Source: a virus
Virus record (IMG/VR): IMGVR_UViG_3300047472_000155
Location: 102,839-166,838 of that record
Strand: one strand, 5' to 3'
DNA: 64,000 bases
A program made the position numbers and the translations under genes. This document shows, piece after piece, positions 10,133-19,731 of the stretch. The notes under the pieces are model-generated. The model was not told the DNA's origin. It did no database searches and saw nothing but the letters and a program-made list of their open reading frames with translations. Within the stretch, counting starts at the first letter, position 1, and each line of letters opens with the position of its first letter.

Positions 10133-10201
10133 CAAAATCTGATTTTTATGATAACATTATAGATACAAATAAAAGATAAAATAAATGGGAGGTAATTTAA
10201 C

Positions 10202-10513
10202 TTGATTAAAACGCAAATTGTTTCTAAAGAGGTAGTGAGTTACGAAAAAGTAGAACAAATTGTAAGTGTAGACATTTCAGACTCAGGAGGAAGTAGCATT
10301 GTAGTAACATCCAATTCAGCGGAAGATAGCGATACAAGTCTGCTCAATGCAAAATACAGTCTTTATGATTTAGAAAAAATTTACATTAAAATTGAAGAAG
10401 ATGAAACAGCGGTTATTGGATTAACGGCAAAACAAACATTGGAATTAGGTGAATCACTAGTTTCTATGGCAAATTTTTTACTTGATCAATCAAAATATAC
10501 GGAGGCTAAATAA
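10202..10513 (+). CDS. Hypothetical protein
   Basis: GGGAGG RBS. Confidence 0.7.
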   Translation: MIKTQIVSKEVVSYEKVEQIVSVDISDSGGSSIVVTSNSAEDSDTSLLNAKYSLYDLEKIYIKIEEDETAVIGLTAKQTLELGESLVSMANFLLDQSKYTEAK

Positions 10514-10764
10514 TGGCAAAAGTGTTCGGTAGTGGTGCAAGCTCAAAGGTAAATAGTGCAAGAAAACAAGCTGTTAGTGCATTGGGTTTGTTTGCAAAGG
10601 CAAACGCGAAACTTCAAAAAGCTAATGAGAAATTGTTGAAGACGGAAGATGAGGCTAGACAAGAAGCGGAAGCATTGATCCAAGAGGCAACCCGCGCAAG
10701 AGCAGAACGAGAGTCAAATCAACTTGTTCAAGAAAAGTTGAAAGACTTTATTCCTCAAGTATAA
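10513..10764 (+). CDS. Small coiled-coil protein
   Basis: GGAGG RBS; A/E/K-rich helix. Confidence 0.7.
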   Translation: MAKVFGSGASSKVNSARKQAVSALGLFAKANAKLQKANEKLLKTEDEARQEAEALIQEATRARAERESNQLVQEKLKDFIPQV

Positions 10765-10778
10765 ATGAAAGATAAAAT

Positions 10779-10812
10779 GAGTGGACTATAAATAAGTCCA
10801 CTCTATTTATTT
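10779..10812 (+). terminator. Terminator-like hairpin
   Basis: GAGTGGACT-ataaata-AGTCCACTC then TATTTATTT. Confidence 0.6.
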
Positions 10813-10825
10813 AAGGAGGTAAAAC

Positions 10826-11431
10826 ATGGCAAAAGAGGTCATGTGTCAACAATGTAAAAGTAAGTCACCAAAGGAAGAAATGGTTATACATGTTCATGTA
10901 ACAAGCACAGGAAACAAAAAGAACATGAATTTTCACGAAGATTGTCTTAAGGTATATTTAACAGAAAAAGAATCAAAAGACAAAGAACAAGCAGAAAAGG
11001 ATGAGTTTCATGAAGTAGTAAAGCGAATTCATAATTTAGATGTTGTACCTCCAAATTTCTATAGAGACTATGCAGAGCCTCTACGTGGCGGATTCTTTAA
11101 AAGCGGCAATAAGGTTAAGAGATATAAAGAAGGAATCCCTTATAGTGTCATGAAAGATTCTTATCTTTATATTGAAAAAACAGTTGAATATTACCGCAAA
11201 AATAAAGAGTTTAAAGGATCATTAGAATTTCTAAGATACACATTTACAATTATGGTTGACAAAATGCCAATGGCAAAGAAAAAGAAAAAGCAAGAAGATT
11301 TTGCAAAGATTATTGAAAATGAAAATACAACTATACAGCAATCGCATGACGACATTGCATTTGCAGAACGTGAATATAAATTTAAGAAAAAAACAAACGG
11401 TGGAGTTGACATGTCGGAATTCTTAGATTAA
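10826..11431 (+). CDS. Putative helicase loader / replication protein (SPbeta YorH-like position)
   Basis: CxxC...FHxxC zinc motif, C-terminal DMSEFLD, directly upstream of the helicase. Confidence 0.55.
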   Translation: MAKEVMCQQCKSKSPKEEMVIHVHVTSTGNKKNMNFHEDCLKVYLTEKESKDKEQAEKDEFHEVVKRIHNLDVVPPNFYRDYAEPLRGGFFKSGNKVKRYKEGIPYSVMKDSYLYIEKTVEYYRKNKEFKGSLEFLRYTFTIMVDKMPMAKKKKKQEDFAKIIENENTTIQQSHDDIAFAEREYKFKKKTNGGVDMSEFLD

Positions 11432-11443
11432 GGTGGTAATTAA

Positions 11444-13054
11444 ATGGCAGTAAAGACAACAGCACCTCAGATGAAAAAGGAAGACTGCTTAGAGAAAGCA
11501 AAAGAGGAGGTTGTAATATCAGAAGCATATCTCACCGCTTTGTTTTGGTCCAATCCAGATCAATATGCATTCTTTCCAGAAGAAAAGATAAATCGTAAAA
11601 CATTCTTGAATCCAGTATGGGGGTTCTATTTTGGACTTGGAATGCACATGTACAAAGAGGGTATTCGTTCATTTGACGATATATCAATAATGAAGCATGT
11701 TAAAGATATAAATGCTGAAAAGACCTTCGACAAATATGGGGGATTTGATACGGTAAGCGAGGTAATGGAGGAGGTTGAGGGAAGACTTGAAAATCTTGAT
11801 GCCTACTATGCCAATATAAAGAAATATAGACTACTTTCCGATTTGTCAGATTTATTTGGAACTCAAGTATTTAAGACTTCGGAAAAATATGATTATCATA
11901 AATTTGACAAAGAAAGTTTATTCACATTTTGGATGGACAAAGTAAATAAACTTGGACTTGATGGTGATGCAAGATATGATGAACATTTTCTATTAGATGG
12001 ACTTGAAGATGACATTATTGAATGGAGTGAAAGTCCAGATGTTGGATTACCTTTTTATAGTAGTCCACTTATGACTAAGATATGCACAGGTTGGGATTAT
12101 GGTAATATGTATATCTATGGTGGGTTTGGTGGTTCAGGTAAAACATCATTGACATTTAATAAAATAATTATGTCATGTATTGAAAATCAAGAGAAGTTAT
12201 TGATTATTGCAAATGAGCAAGGAATCAAAGAGTTTAAGAAATTGCTTATTGCAACTGCATTGGGTATTAAGAAAGAATACTTGAAACGTCAACGATTAAA
12301 CGAAGGAGAATTTACTGCCGAAGAGAATAAAAAGCTTGAAAGTGCAGTAAAATGGGTTAGAGAGTTCTCGAAAGACAATAATAAACTTATTGCTTTCACC
12401 TTTATGGAAGACTACGTAATAAAAGATGTAAAGAAACTTATTCGTCATTATGCCAATCGTGGATATAAATCGGTTCTTATTGATACAGGTAAGCCAAGCG
12501 AATCAGCAGGTGATAAGCAACGTTGGGAAATATTCACAGATGACTTTAAAGAGCTTTACAAAATGTGTAGACCTAATGGTGGTGGCTTAAATCTTAGAAT
12601 GTGGGTTAACGTTCAATTAGCAGATAACGCATTGGGACGAAGATTCTTAGATGAAGCAGCATTTGGTGACTCTAAGAAGATCAAGAATGAGGCATCTGTT
12701 GTGTTTATGGGTAGAAACGTTTGGGAAGATGAGTTTGAGGGAGGAGACAAAGAATTAAAGGTATTCAAGTGGGTTCCAAAAGGATCAGAAGAAGATGACA
12801 ACCCTTTCTCAGACGAAGAAAAGAATGACAACGGATTTGATCTTATGAAGAAGGTGTTTACTCTTAAAAGATTCCATCAAGACAAACATGGAAACCAACA
12901 TCCTTGTCAATACCTTTTATTGTTCACTCCTAAGAATCGTAGAGGAACAGATCAAAAAGGTGGTCAACATGTACTTGTATTACAATCAAACTTTAATAGT
13001 AACACATGGTATGAAATCGGTTGGACTACTATTCACAATGATAGAAATTACTAA
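11444..13054 (+). CDS. Replicative DNA helicase, DnaB-like (SPbeta YorI-like)
   Basis: Walker A GFGGSGKT, IANEQ, VLIDT, NVQL, KNRRG arginine finger. Confidence 0.88.
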   Translation: MAVKTTAPQMKKEDCLEKAKEEVVISEAYLTALFWSNPDQYAFFPEEKINRKTFLNPVWGFYFGLGMHMYKEGIRSFDDISIMKHVKDINAEKTFDKYGGFDTVSEVMEEVEGRLENLDAYYANIKKYRLLSDLSDLFGTQVFKTSEKYDYHKFDKESLFTFWMDKVNKLGLDGDARYDEHFLLDGLEDDIIEWSESPDVGLPFYSSPLMTKICTGWDYGNMYIYGGFGGSGKTSLTFNKIIMSCIENQEKLLIIANEQGIKEFKKLLIATALGIKKEYLKRQRLNEGEFTAEENKKLESAVKWVREFSKDNNKLIAFTFMEDYVIKDVKKLIRHYANRGYKSVLIDTGKPSESAGDKQRWEIFTDDFKELYKMCRPNGGGLNLRMWVNVQLADNALGRRFLDEAAFGDSKKIKNEASVVFMGRNVWEDEFEGGDKELKVFKWVPKGSEEDDNPFSDEEKNDNGFDLMKKVFTLKRFHQDKHGNQHPCQYLLLFTPKNRRGTDQKGGQHVLVLQSNFNSNTWYEIGWTTIHNDRNY

Positions 13055-13073
13055 TTACAAAGGAGAGATAAAA

Positions 13074-14516
13074 ATGAATAACAACTTAGAAACGGCAAGA
13101 GATTTGTTGGATCAAGCAAGTGAATATATTTCAGACGCGAAATGGGTGGAGCAATTTAAACAATTGCTCCAAACTCCATCAAATGAATACCAATCACCAA
13201 GATCAAGAGAGCTTATTAAAAAACTATATTTGCTACAAGGTAAAACAATATTGACAGGTCAACATGATTATATTGAGTCGCCATATTCATATTCAAGTAA
13301 AATTTTAGGATTAACAGGATACAATACAATGATTAAGGGAGTTGAATTCGGAGGGATTACTGGTCAAGATGCTGCCACTCTATTCAAACAAAGACAGGGT
13401 ATTGTTGATGCTTGCAAAGCATGGGATGCTAAAGATGGAATTGTTTCAGCAACATATCATGCATCATACCCAGGATTGCTAAATACTTGGAGCAACGTTC
13501 AACGTGCTACAACACAAGCCGAATTTGATCAAATTATAACACCAGGAAATAATTTTTATAAGGCTTTGATTGACGACCTTGACATTTTAGCTAATCATCT
13601 TTCAGTATTGAGAGACAATGATATTCCAGTTTTGTGGCGACCATATCATGAAATGAATGGTGGATGGTTTTGGTGGGGAAAGAAAAACAACTTTAAAGCG
13701 CTTTGGAATATCATGTACGACAGGTTTGTAAATGTTCATGGTCTTGATAATCTAATTTGGGTGTGGTGTCCAAATGCTAAAAACGCATGGTGTGATGACA
13801 TTGAAAACTATTATGTAGGAACATCTAAGGCTGATGTATTAGCGTTGGACATCTACAATAATGACTTTAAACAAGAGCATCACGATTCATTATTGAAACT
13901 TGGAAAAGGAAAGCTTATAGCGATTGGTGAAAATGGAGAACTGCCAAGCATATCAAAACTTATAACGACACAGAATAAGTATTCATGGTTCATGACATGG
14001 GGTAGTATGCTTAATGAAAACAATAAAGATGATGTGATCAAAGAAGTATATGGCAATAGTTATACTCTTAAGAGAGGTCAAGAATACTCTCCATTTGGAG
14101 ATGGTCTTAAAGGAGAATACTTTGATGGCGTTAACTTTAATACATTAAAGCTTACTAGAATTGATAATAATATTAATTTTAATTGGGGTGGCAATAAACC
14201 AGTTGATTCATTAAAAGCTGACAACTTCTCTATTAGATGGAGTGGTTACATTTTGCCTAAGTATAGTGAGCAATACAAATTTATTATTCATTCTGACGAT
14301 GGAGCAAGATTGATCATTAATAATGTAATTGTTGCGGAAAGATGGAAAAACGGAGATAGTTGGATTTCTGGAATAGTTGATCTTGTTGCTGGTGTTAAAT
14401 ATCCTATTACTGTAGAGTATTATGATTCAACAGGTGCAGCGGTGATTGATTTAATTTGGTCAAGTGCTTCTCAAGTATCTCAATTGATTCCTAAAGAACA
14501 ATTATATTCAAAATAA
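13074..14516 (+). CDS. Glycoside hydrolase family 26 (beta-mannanase-like) with C-terminal PA14 domain
   Basis: PVLWRPYHEMNGGWFWWG acid/base motif, LALDIY, IAIGENG nucleophile; PA14 GLKGEYF...NFSIRWSG...SDDGARL; RBS before ATG 13074. Confidence 0.9.
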   Translation: MNNNLETARDLLDQASEYISDAKWVEQFKQLLQTPSNEYQSPRSRELIKKLYLLQGKTILTGQHDYIESPYSYSSKILGLTGYNTMIKGVEFGGITGQDAATLFKQRQGIVDACKAWDAKDGIVSATYHASYPGLLNTWSNVQRATTQAEFDQIITPGNNFYKALIDDLDILANHLSVLRDNDIPVLWRPYHEMNGGWFWWGKKNNFKALWNIMYDRFVNVHGLDNLIWVWCPNAKNAWCDDIENYYVGTSKADVLALDIYNNDFKQEHHDSLLKLGKGKLIAIGENGELPSISKLITTQNKYSWFMTWGSMLNENNKDDVIKEVYGNSYTLKRGQEYSPFGDGLKGEYFDGVNFNTLKLTRIDNNINFNWGGNKPVDSLKADNFSIRWSGYILPKYSEQYKFIIHSDDGARLIINNVIVAERWKNGDSWISGIVDLVAGVKYPITVEYYDSTGAAVIDLIWSSASQVSQLIPKEQLYSK

Positions 14517-14528
14517 GGAGTGCTCTTA

Positions 14529-14783
14529 ATGTTATATAAGATAAAGTCAAACAAAGACTTATTTGATAAATGGACAAAGATTGCTAAGAAAACATCTAAA
14601 CATCTTAATTCCATATCGTTTATTCAAAACGATATGGAAGTTTCTAAAAACGATATGAACAAGTGGTATCATGAGTCGTTAGAAGATATTCAAAAAATGG
14701 ATCAAGATTTTAAAGATACGATTCAAGAGATGTTGAAAATTAGACAAGAAATAATTAAAGATATTAAAAATCAAATCAAATAA
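14529..14783 (+). CDS. Hypothetical protein
   Basis: AAGGAG RBS. Confidence 0.65.
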   Translation: MLYKIKSNKDLFDKWTKIAKKTSKHLNSISFIQNDMEVSKNDMNKWYHESLEDIQKMDQDFKDTIQEMLKIRQEIIKDIKNQIK

Positions 14784-14796
14784 GGAGCGATAACAT

Positions 14797-15153
14797 ATGA
14801 CACATTTATGGGAAGAAGATCATTCGTATTATTGTGATAAAGATGGAAGCGGAGAAAAATATAGTAATCTAGAAGATTTTCTTGATGAGTGGGGAGAATG
14901 TGACATGGATTACAATCTCTTATTTAGATGGGATTGGGAAGAGTACAATCCAAGTGATTACGAATATGAAGAAGATGAGACAGAAGAAGAACATTCTACG
15001 AAAGATACATTATATGTTTTTTGGATGCATCAACGTAAAGGAAGGTATCATTATTGTGAAGTCAAAGTGACTAAAGACGAAGAAGATCAAGTAAAAGAGT
15101 TCCTTAAACCACGATGGGAATATATGAAAGCTATATGGGAACCGTTAGCGTAA
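14797..15153 (+). CDS. Hypothetical phage protein (W/Y-rich, acidic)
   Basis: AAGGAG RBS; HLWE..H.YYC and NLLFRWDW motifs. Confidence 0.75.
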   Translation: MTHLWEEDHSYYCDKDGSGEKYSNLEDFLDEWGECDMDYNLLFRWDWEEYNPSDYEYEEDETEEEHSTKDTLYVFWMHQRKGRYHYCEVKVTKDEEDQVKEFLKPRWEYMKAIWEPLA

Positions 15154-15159
15154 AAATAC

Positions 15160-15188
15160 TTGACAAATAGAAGATAAAATGATATAAT
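15160..15188 (+). promoter_or_regulatory. SigmaA-type promoter with conserved spacer element
   Basis: TTGACAAATAGAAGATAAAATGATATAAT. Confidence 0.9.
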
Positions 15189-15212
15189 TTTAATTATGGA
15201 GGTGACTAATAT

Positions 15213-15380
15213 ATGGCAAAGAAAAATAGAAAAGTCAAAAATGAAACCACGGTCAACCTTGAATTATATCGCAAAACTCGTAATAGAGTATGGGGCATTA
15301 AACCAGTGACACAAATCGTCCCAAATAAGAAAGCTCGACAACGAAAACAAGCTTGTAGAAGTAAGGTAGGCGAAGAATAA
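15213..15380 (+). CDS. Small basic protein (55 aa), absent from the ORF track
   Basis: GGAGGTG RBS; MAKKNRK...RVWGIKPVTQIVPNKKARQRK; stop overlaps the primase ATG. Confidence 0.75.
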   Translation: MAKKNRKVKNETTVNLELYRKTRNRVWGIKPVTQIVPNKKARQRKQACRSKVGEE

Positions 15381-16423
15381 TGTCGGACCTTCAAGATATC
15401 AAAAGAGCAATATATGAAGATGGACGTATAGAAGAGGTTCTTGATCTTTTGGGATGTAAAAATATACATCCCGAAAGAAATAGAATTGTAGCATCACTTC
15501 CGAATGGCAATAATATGCGATCTGTTCAAGTGAGAATAGATAAAGACCTTTATTCAAATATTAGGTCTAAAAGCATCAACGGAGATATATTTGCTATCGT
15601 ATCTTACATCAAATTCAATTGTAGTACCAAAGCAGAGATATATGATAACCTATTTGATGCTAAGATGTGGATTGTGGAGGAATTGGATTACTTCCACCTT
15701 GTAAGCAAAGACAATAAGAAAGAAAAGAAACAAACATACAATAGCTGGCTTAAAGACATGAGAAAGAAGAGAGGAAAAAAGATAAGTCTAGAAGACTTGC
15801 ATCCCAACATACCAATTCCAGAATCAACCAAGGACAAGTATTTGATGGAGCCTTATTATCTTTGGATAAAAGAAGGAATAAGTTGGGAGACTCAAAAAGA
15901 ATGGGAAATAGGTTTTTGTTGGGAAAGCCATCGTATTATTACTTTGATACGAAACATCACAGGAGAACTTATTGGTGTTAAAGGCAGAGCAATGGATGAC
16001 AATAACCCATGGAAATATCTTTATGTTGAAGAAATGAATAAGAGTATAGAATTATTTGGATTGCATAAAACATTGCCTTATATCCTAGAACAAAAAGAGG
16101 TTATTCTTTTTGAGGGATACAAGAGTGTTTTTAAGGCTTGGCAAATGGGATACAAGAATGTTGCAAGTATTGAGGGTGATGACATATCACCAGCACAAGT
16201 TGCATTAATTAAAAGTTTCGGTCTTGACATTAAGATTGTCATGTGTTATGATAAAGACAAGACGGAAGATAAAATCATTGAACAAGTTTCAAGGTTCGGT
16301 AATCGTAAAGTTTATTATACCCTTGACAAGAAGAAATTCCTTGGTGAAAAGCAGTCACCAGTGGATAAAGGGTTGATAACATGGCAAAGGCTTTATGAAA
16401 ACAAAATTGAATTTACCCCTTGA
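15380..16423 (+). CDS. DNA primase (TOPRIM; SPbeta YorJ-like)
   Basis: LIGVKGR, KYLY, LFGLH, ILFEGYKS, CYDKD. Confidence 0.88.
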   Translation: MSDLQDIKRAIYEDGRIEEVLDLLGCKNIHPERNRIVASLPNGNNMRSVQVRIDKDLYSNIRSKSINGDIFAIVSYIKFNCSTKAEIYDNLFDAKMWIVEELDYFHLVSKDNKKEKKQTYNSWLKDMRKKRGKKISLEDLHPNIPIPESTKDKYLMEPYYLWIKEGISWETQKEWEIGFCWESHRIITLIRNITGELIGVKGRAMDDNNPWKYLYVEEMNKSIELFGLHKTLPYILEQKEVILFEGYKSVFKAWQMGYKNVASIEGDDISPAQVALIKSFGLDIKIVMCYDKDKTEDKIIEQVSRFGNRKVYYTLDKKKFLGEKQSPVDKGLITWQRLYENKIEFTP

Positions 16424-16470
16424 CATTCATCGGTAAATTTGATATAATAACAAATGTAAGATAAAACGAA
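16420..16470 (+). promoter_or_regulatory. SigmaA-type promoter with the element immediately downstream of the -10
   Basis: TTGACA 16420, TATAAT 16443, then ACAAATGTAAGATAAAACGAA. Confidence 0.8.
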
Positions 16471-16491
16471 ACATAAAGGAAGTGAAGTTTT

Positions 16492-16626
16492 ATGGTCATG
16501 TCTTATGTGATATGCACTACATGTGGTTCATATGCATATAGACACTCATATTCAGAATGTCCTAATGAATGGTGTTCATCTCATTCTGATGATGAAGAAG
16601 AAGATAAGGAGGATGAGAAATGCTAG
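16492..16626 (+). CDS. Small zinc-finger-like protein (44 aa), absent from the ORF track
   Basis: ICTTCG...ECPNEWC plus acidic tail; AAGGA RBS. Confidence 0.55.
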   Translation: MVMSYVICTTCGSYAYRHSYSECPNEWCSSHSDDEEEDKEDEKC

Positions 16627-16820
16627 GAGGATTTTTGTTTAATGCAATTATCGGATCGTTGTTGTGTGGATTTTTTCTCAGTACGTTCGATATAGATGCT
16701 AAATTTACTGCATCACTTAATGAAATGTTTCCTAAAAAGCATTTCAAAGGAAACTCGATTTATTACATGCTATTTTTTATAGCAGGAGTAGTTATTGGTT
16801 TGGTCAACTTCTTTATCTAA
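16620..16820 (+). CDS. Small membrane protein
   Basis: Two hydrophobic segments; GGAGG RBS. Confidence 0.65.
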   Translation: MLGGFLFNAIIGSLLCGFFLSTFDIDAKFTASLNEMFPKKHFKGNSIYYMLFFIAGVVIGLVNFFI

Positions 16821-16869
16821 TAACAAATGTAAGATAAAATAAAAAATAACTTATTGGAGGAATTATAAA

Positions 16870-17151
16870 ATGGCTAAATATTACGCAACCGGAACAAAGA
16901 AAGTAGAAGTAAAGAACGAACAAGGAAAGAAAAGTGTTGTAGAGACTCCAGTTGTTATTGAATTTGATAGCTTGATTGTGAATACTCGCGTACAAGCGGT
17001 TAATGAAGCAAAACGATGGGCAAAGAAGGATAGCATTGTTCTTGATGGCATTGATGGAGTACATGTTTTGCAAGGCACACAGAAAGGTGGAGATACGTTG
17101 ACAAAACGTATTCAAGTCTTGAAAGCTACAGGTAAATTGCCTAAGTTCTAA
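16870..17151 (+). CDS. Hypothetical protein
   Basis: GGAGG RBS. Confidence 0.75.
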   Translation: MAKYYATGTKKVEVKNEQGKKSVVETPVVIEFDSLIVNTRVQAVNEAKRWAKKDSIVLDGIDGVHVLQGTQKGGDTLTKRIQVLKATGKLPKF

Positions 17152-17242
17152 TTGCAAAGGGCTTTTATAGGAAAGTATAAAAGCCCTTGAAATAAATTAA
17201 CACAAATGCAATATAAAATAAAAAATGAGAGAAGGAATTTAA

Positions 17243-17830
17243 ATGATGAATCCAGAGAAACTTTTTTACGAACAGTTGGAAGTAACAAAACAAATGGTTG
17301 AAGAACTTAAGAATATCAATAGCAAGCTTTCTGAAATTAAATCTAAAATTGACCAGAGCAAGGATAGTTCTCCATTTAGTGTTGAAGATTTTCTTAGTGG
17401 TATTTTTGGAATTGATACTACAAATGGTTCACTACTTGCTACGGAACTTGAAGATGATCTTGAAGATGAGCTTGATAGTCTTTTTATTGATGGTTATGAT
17501 GATGATGACGATAATGTTAATAATCTTGACCTTCTTGAATTGTTGGCAATCGAGGATGTAATTGATCTTCTTGATTCTAAACAGTTGCCATTTACATTTT
17601 ATGGAGCTAAAAAATACGGATATGAGCCATACAGTGATAGTGATGTTACTTTTGTAACTGATTACTTTAATAACAAAGTAGTGGCAAAACTTTGGTTCAA
17701 TGGAGAGCTTGCAAAAGAAGGTGTTGCAAAATGCGATCCATCAGATGTATTCATTGAAGAAACTGGAAAAGCAATTGCATTGCGGCGGTTGTTTGATCTC
17801 AACATTCCAGAATCATTGCTTCAACATTAA
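17243..17830 (+). CDS. Hypothetical phage protein
   Basis: C-terminal GVAKCDPSDVF.EE.GKAIALRR motif, which I recall from Bacillus phage proteins. Confidence 0.75.
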   Translation: MMNPEKLFYEQLEVTKQMVEELKNINSKLSEIKSKIDQSKDSSPFSVEDFLSGIFGIDTTNGSLLATELEDDLEDELDSLFIDGYDDDDDNVNNLDLLELLAIEDVIDLLDSKQLPFTFYGAKKYGYEPYSDSDVTFVTDYFNNKVVAKLWFNGELAKEGVAKCDPSDVFIEETGKAIALRRLFDLNIPESLLQH

Positions 17831-17849
17831 TTAATAGGAGATGTGACTT

Positions 17850-18098
17850 ATGACGCAAAAGCAATTAGACATCATTGAGTTTACTAAAAACGTTCTAAAC
17901 AAGCACATCTTCGATTATGAAGAGAAAATTTTAAAAAACTATGATGAATTCCGTTCGTGGTCAACCTATGATGAATGGGTTAGACCACAGAAACGGGAAA
18001 ACCAGTACATCTACAATATTTGGATGTGCTATAATGAGTACCTAAATGGAACGCTTGATTTGAACGCAATGAAAATTTCAAACTTGGTGGTGAAGTAA
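17850..18098 (+). CDS. Hypothetical protein
   Basis: AGGAG RBS. Confidence 0.7.
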   Translation: MTQKQLDIIEFTKNVLNKHIFDYEEKILKNYDEFRSWSTYDEWVRPQKRENQYIYNIWMCYNEYLNGTLDLNAMKISNLVVK

Positions 18099-18099
18099 G

Positions 18100-18381
18100 T
18101 TGGAAGTAAGGGTTGATAAAATTGTCGAACCAGAAAGTCTTGACCTTGGAGATATTGTAGTACTCAATTGTGACGATGAAATTTATGTAACTTTAGTGAC
18201 ACTGATTCCTGGCAAAGAACTTTCTTTTTGCTTAGTTGGATTAAATAAAGGAAATGTTTGGTCTTCCGCAAAAACTCTTGAGAAGCTATACGAAGATACT
18301 AGAGATAGGTATCCATTTGAAAAATATAGTTTCACAATTTACAAGTCCTCAAAATATTTATTACAATTAACTAAAAAGTAA
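18100..18381 (+). CDS. Hypothetical protein
   Basis: ORF in operon. Confidence 0.65.
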   Translation: MEVRVDKIVEPESLDLGDIVVLNCDDEIYVTLVTLIPGKELSFCLVGLNKGNVWSSAKTLEKLYEDTRDRYPFEKYSFTIYKSSKYLLQLTKK

Positions 18382-18385
18382 CACC

Positions 18386-18421
18386 AAAAGCCCATAGAGA
18401 CGTAAAAGTTTTTGTGGGCTT
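18386..18421 (+). terminator. Terminator-like hairpin
   Basis: AGCCCATAGAGAC/GTTTTTGTGGGCT stem with G-U pairs, T-rich tail. Confidence 0.55.
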
Positions 18422-18440
18422 AACTTTTAAGGAGGATAAC

Positions 18441-18839
18441 ATGAAAAAGAAATCATTTTTTAAAACTTTATTTTTAGCAAGCTTCGTAGTCATTCTTGGT
18501 GCTTGTTCCGATGCTGATATTGCATCCGAAAACTTATCAAAAGCCGCTGACAACTTTGAAATCAATAGACGAGTTGTGTTTTACAACGGAATTACAGACA
18601 CTTACTTGTTGACCATTGAAGGACTTTGTTCGTTAGGCAATGACGATGACCGCTCTAAGCAATTGACGGTGACATGCAAAACATCTCCAACTACTTACAA
18701 GAAGCATTTCTTAGGATTGTCGGACAATGTTACTTATATTGCCGAACAACTAGAACCAGCAAGTGTTGGTGTATATCATTATCGTGTTACATTTAAACCA
18801 CAAGTCATCTTGCCAGATATTGACCTGAGAATTGAATAG
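18441..18839 (+). CDS. Conserved phage lipoprotein
   Basis: Lipobox LGAC; ADIASENLSKAADNFEINRRVVFYNGIT. Confidence 0.75.
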   Translation: MKKKSFFKTLFLASFVVILGACSDADIASENLSKAADNFEINRRVVFYNGITDTYLLTIEGLCSLGNDDDRSKQLTVTCKTSPTTYKKHFLGLSDNVTYIAEQLEPASVGVYHYRVTFKPQVILPDIDLRIE

Positions 18840-18842
18840 CCA

Positions 18843-18866
18843 TAGATAAAACGTTTCTTTTATCTA
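18843..18866. repeat. Palindrome TAGATAAAA-N6-TTTTATCTA (copy 1)
   Basis: Spacer CGTTTC. Confidence 0.9.
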
Positions 18867-18889
18867 CTGAAAAATAAGGAGGAAGCAAA

Positions 18890-19240
18890 ATGTATAAATT
18901 AGGTGACAAAGTAGTGCCACACGACAAAAGTAGAGGTTGTAACTTGAAACATTCCAGAGAATGGGAAAAGGCAAAGAGTAATTATCAAGAATTCCTTTAT
19001 GTTACTTGCATTGATGACGATAACGATATATGGTGTGCTTATAAGAATCATGATGTTCAATCTGAAGTTTTTATCGAAGAAGATTTAACACCATATATTG
19101 AAGAAAAAATCGAAGGAAAGGTACTTTTTCAAGAAAATATGGGTGTAAAATACACAGAATTAAAGGTAAAAGACCTAATTGACCTAGTAGATAAGGGGAT
19201 TGTCAAGGAAACAGATGTGATTATCGTGGGTCGAAAATGA
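18890..19240 (+). CDS. Hypothetical protein flanked by two palindromic sites
   Basis: AGGAGG RBS; N-terminal YKLGDKVVP (SH3-like start). Confidence 0.75.
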   Translation: MYKLGDKVVPHDKSRGCNLKHSREWEKAKSNYQEFLYVTCIDDDNDIWCAYKNHDVQSEVFIEEDLTPYIEEKIEGKVLFQENMGVKYTELKVKDLIDLVDKGIVKETDVIIVGRK

Positions 19241-19248
19241 AAAAGTGA

Positions 19249-19272
19249 TAGATAAAACTTCGATTTTATCTA
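19249..19272. repeat. Palindrome TAGATAAAA-N6-TTTTATCTA (copy 2)
   Basis: Spacer CTTCGA. Confidence 0.9.
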
Positions 19273-19302
19273 TGGCTAAATTTATTAAAGGAGAGATGAA
19301 AT

Positions 19303-19659
19303 GTGATTAAAGAAACGTGGGAAATTGATGATGTAACTATAACGGCTAAGGGATATTTTACTATTTTTAAAAACTTGGAAGACGAAGATATTATGATTTC
19401 AATTTTCTCAAAAACAGAACATGAAGCATGGACGAAACTTGAAGCATCTTTAAAGTCACAATTAACTACAAAACAAATTCTTGAAAAGTTGCATGATCAT
19501 GAAAGAAAAACATCGACAATGAAAGAATTATCTGAAAAGATATGGGATGCATTTGAAATTATTACAAAAGAAGCAATAGGAGAAAACTTATCTGGAAGCG
19601 ACTATCTAGTCATTAACGCAGTATTATACAGTTTTCTAGAAGGAATAATGAACGAATGA
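19303..19659 (+). CDS. Hypothetical protein
   Basis: AAGGAG RBS. Confidence 0.7.
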   Translation: MIKETWEIDDVTITAKGYFTIFKNLEDEDIMISIFSKTEHEAWTKLEASLKSQLTTKQILEKLHDHERKTSTMKELSEKIWDAFEIITKEAIGENLSGSDYLVINAVLYSFLEGIMNE

Positions 19660-19731
19660 TAGTTGGATTTGTTTTATTTTATATCTCTATTCTATGTTTT
19701 ATATTATCATTTTTTAAAGGAGCCAATAACA

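Noticed and set aside
12888-13073. N-terminal extension of the GH26 ORF given in the track
   Set aside because: Overlaps the helicase 3' end; a clear RBS supports ATG 13074
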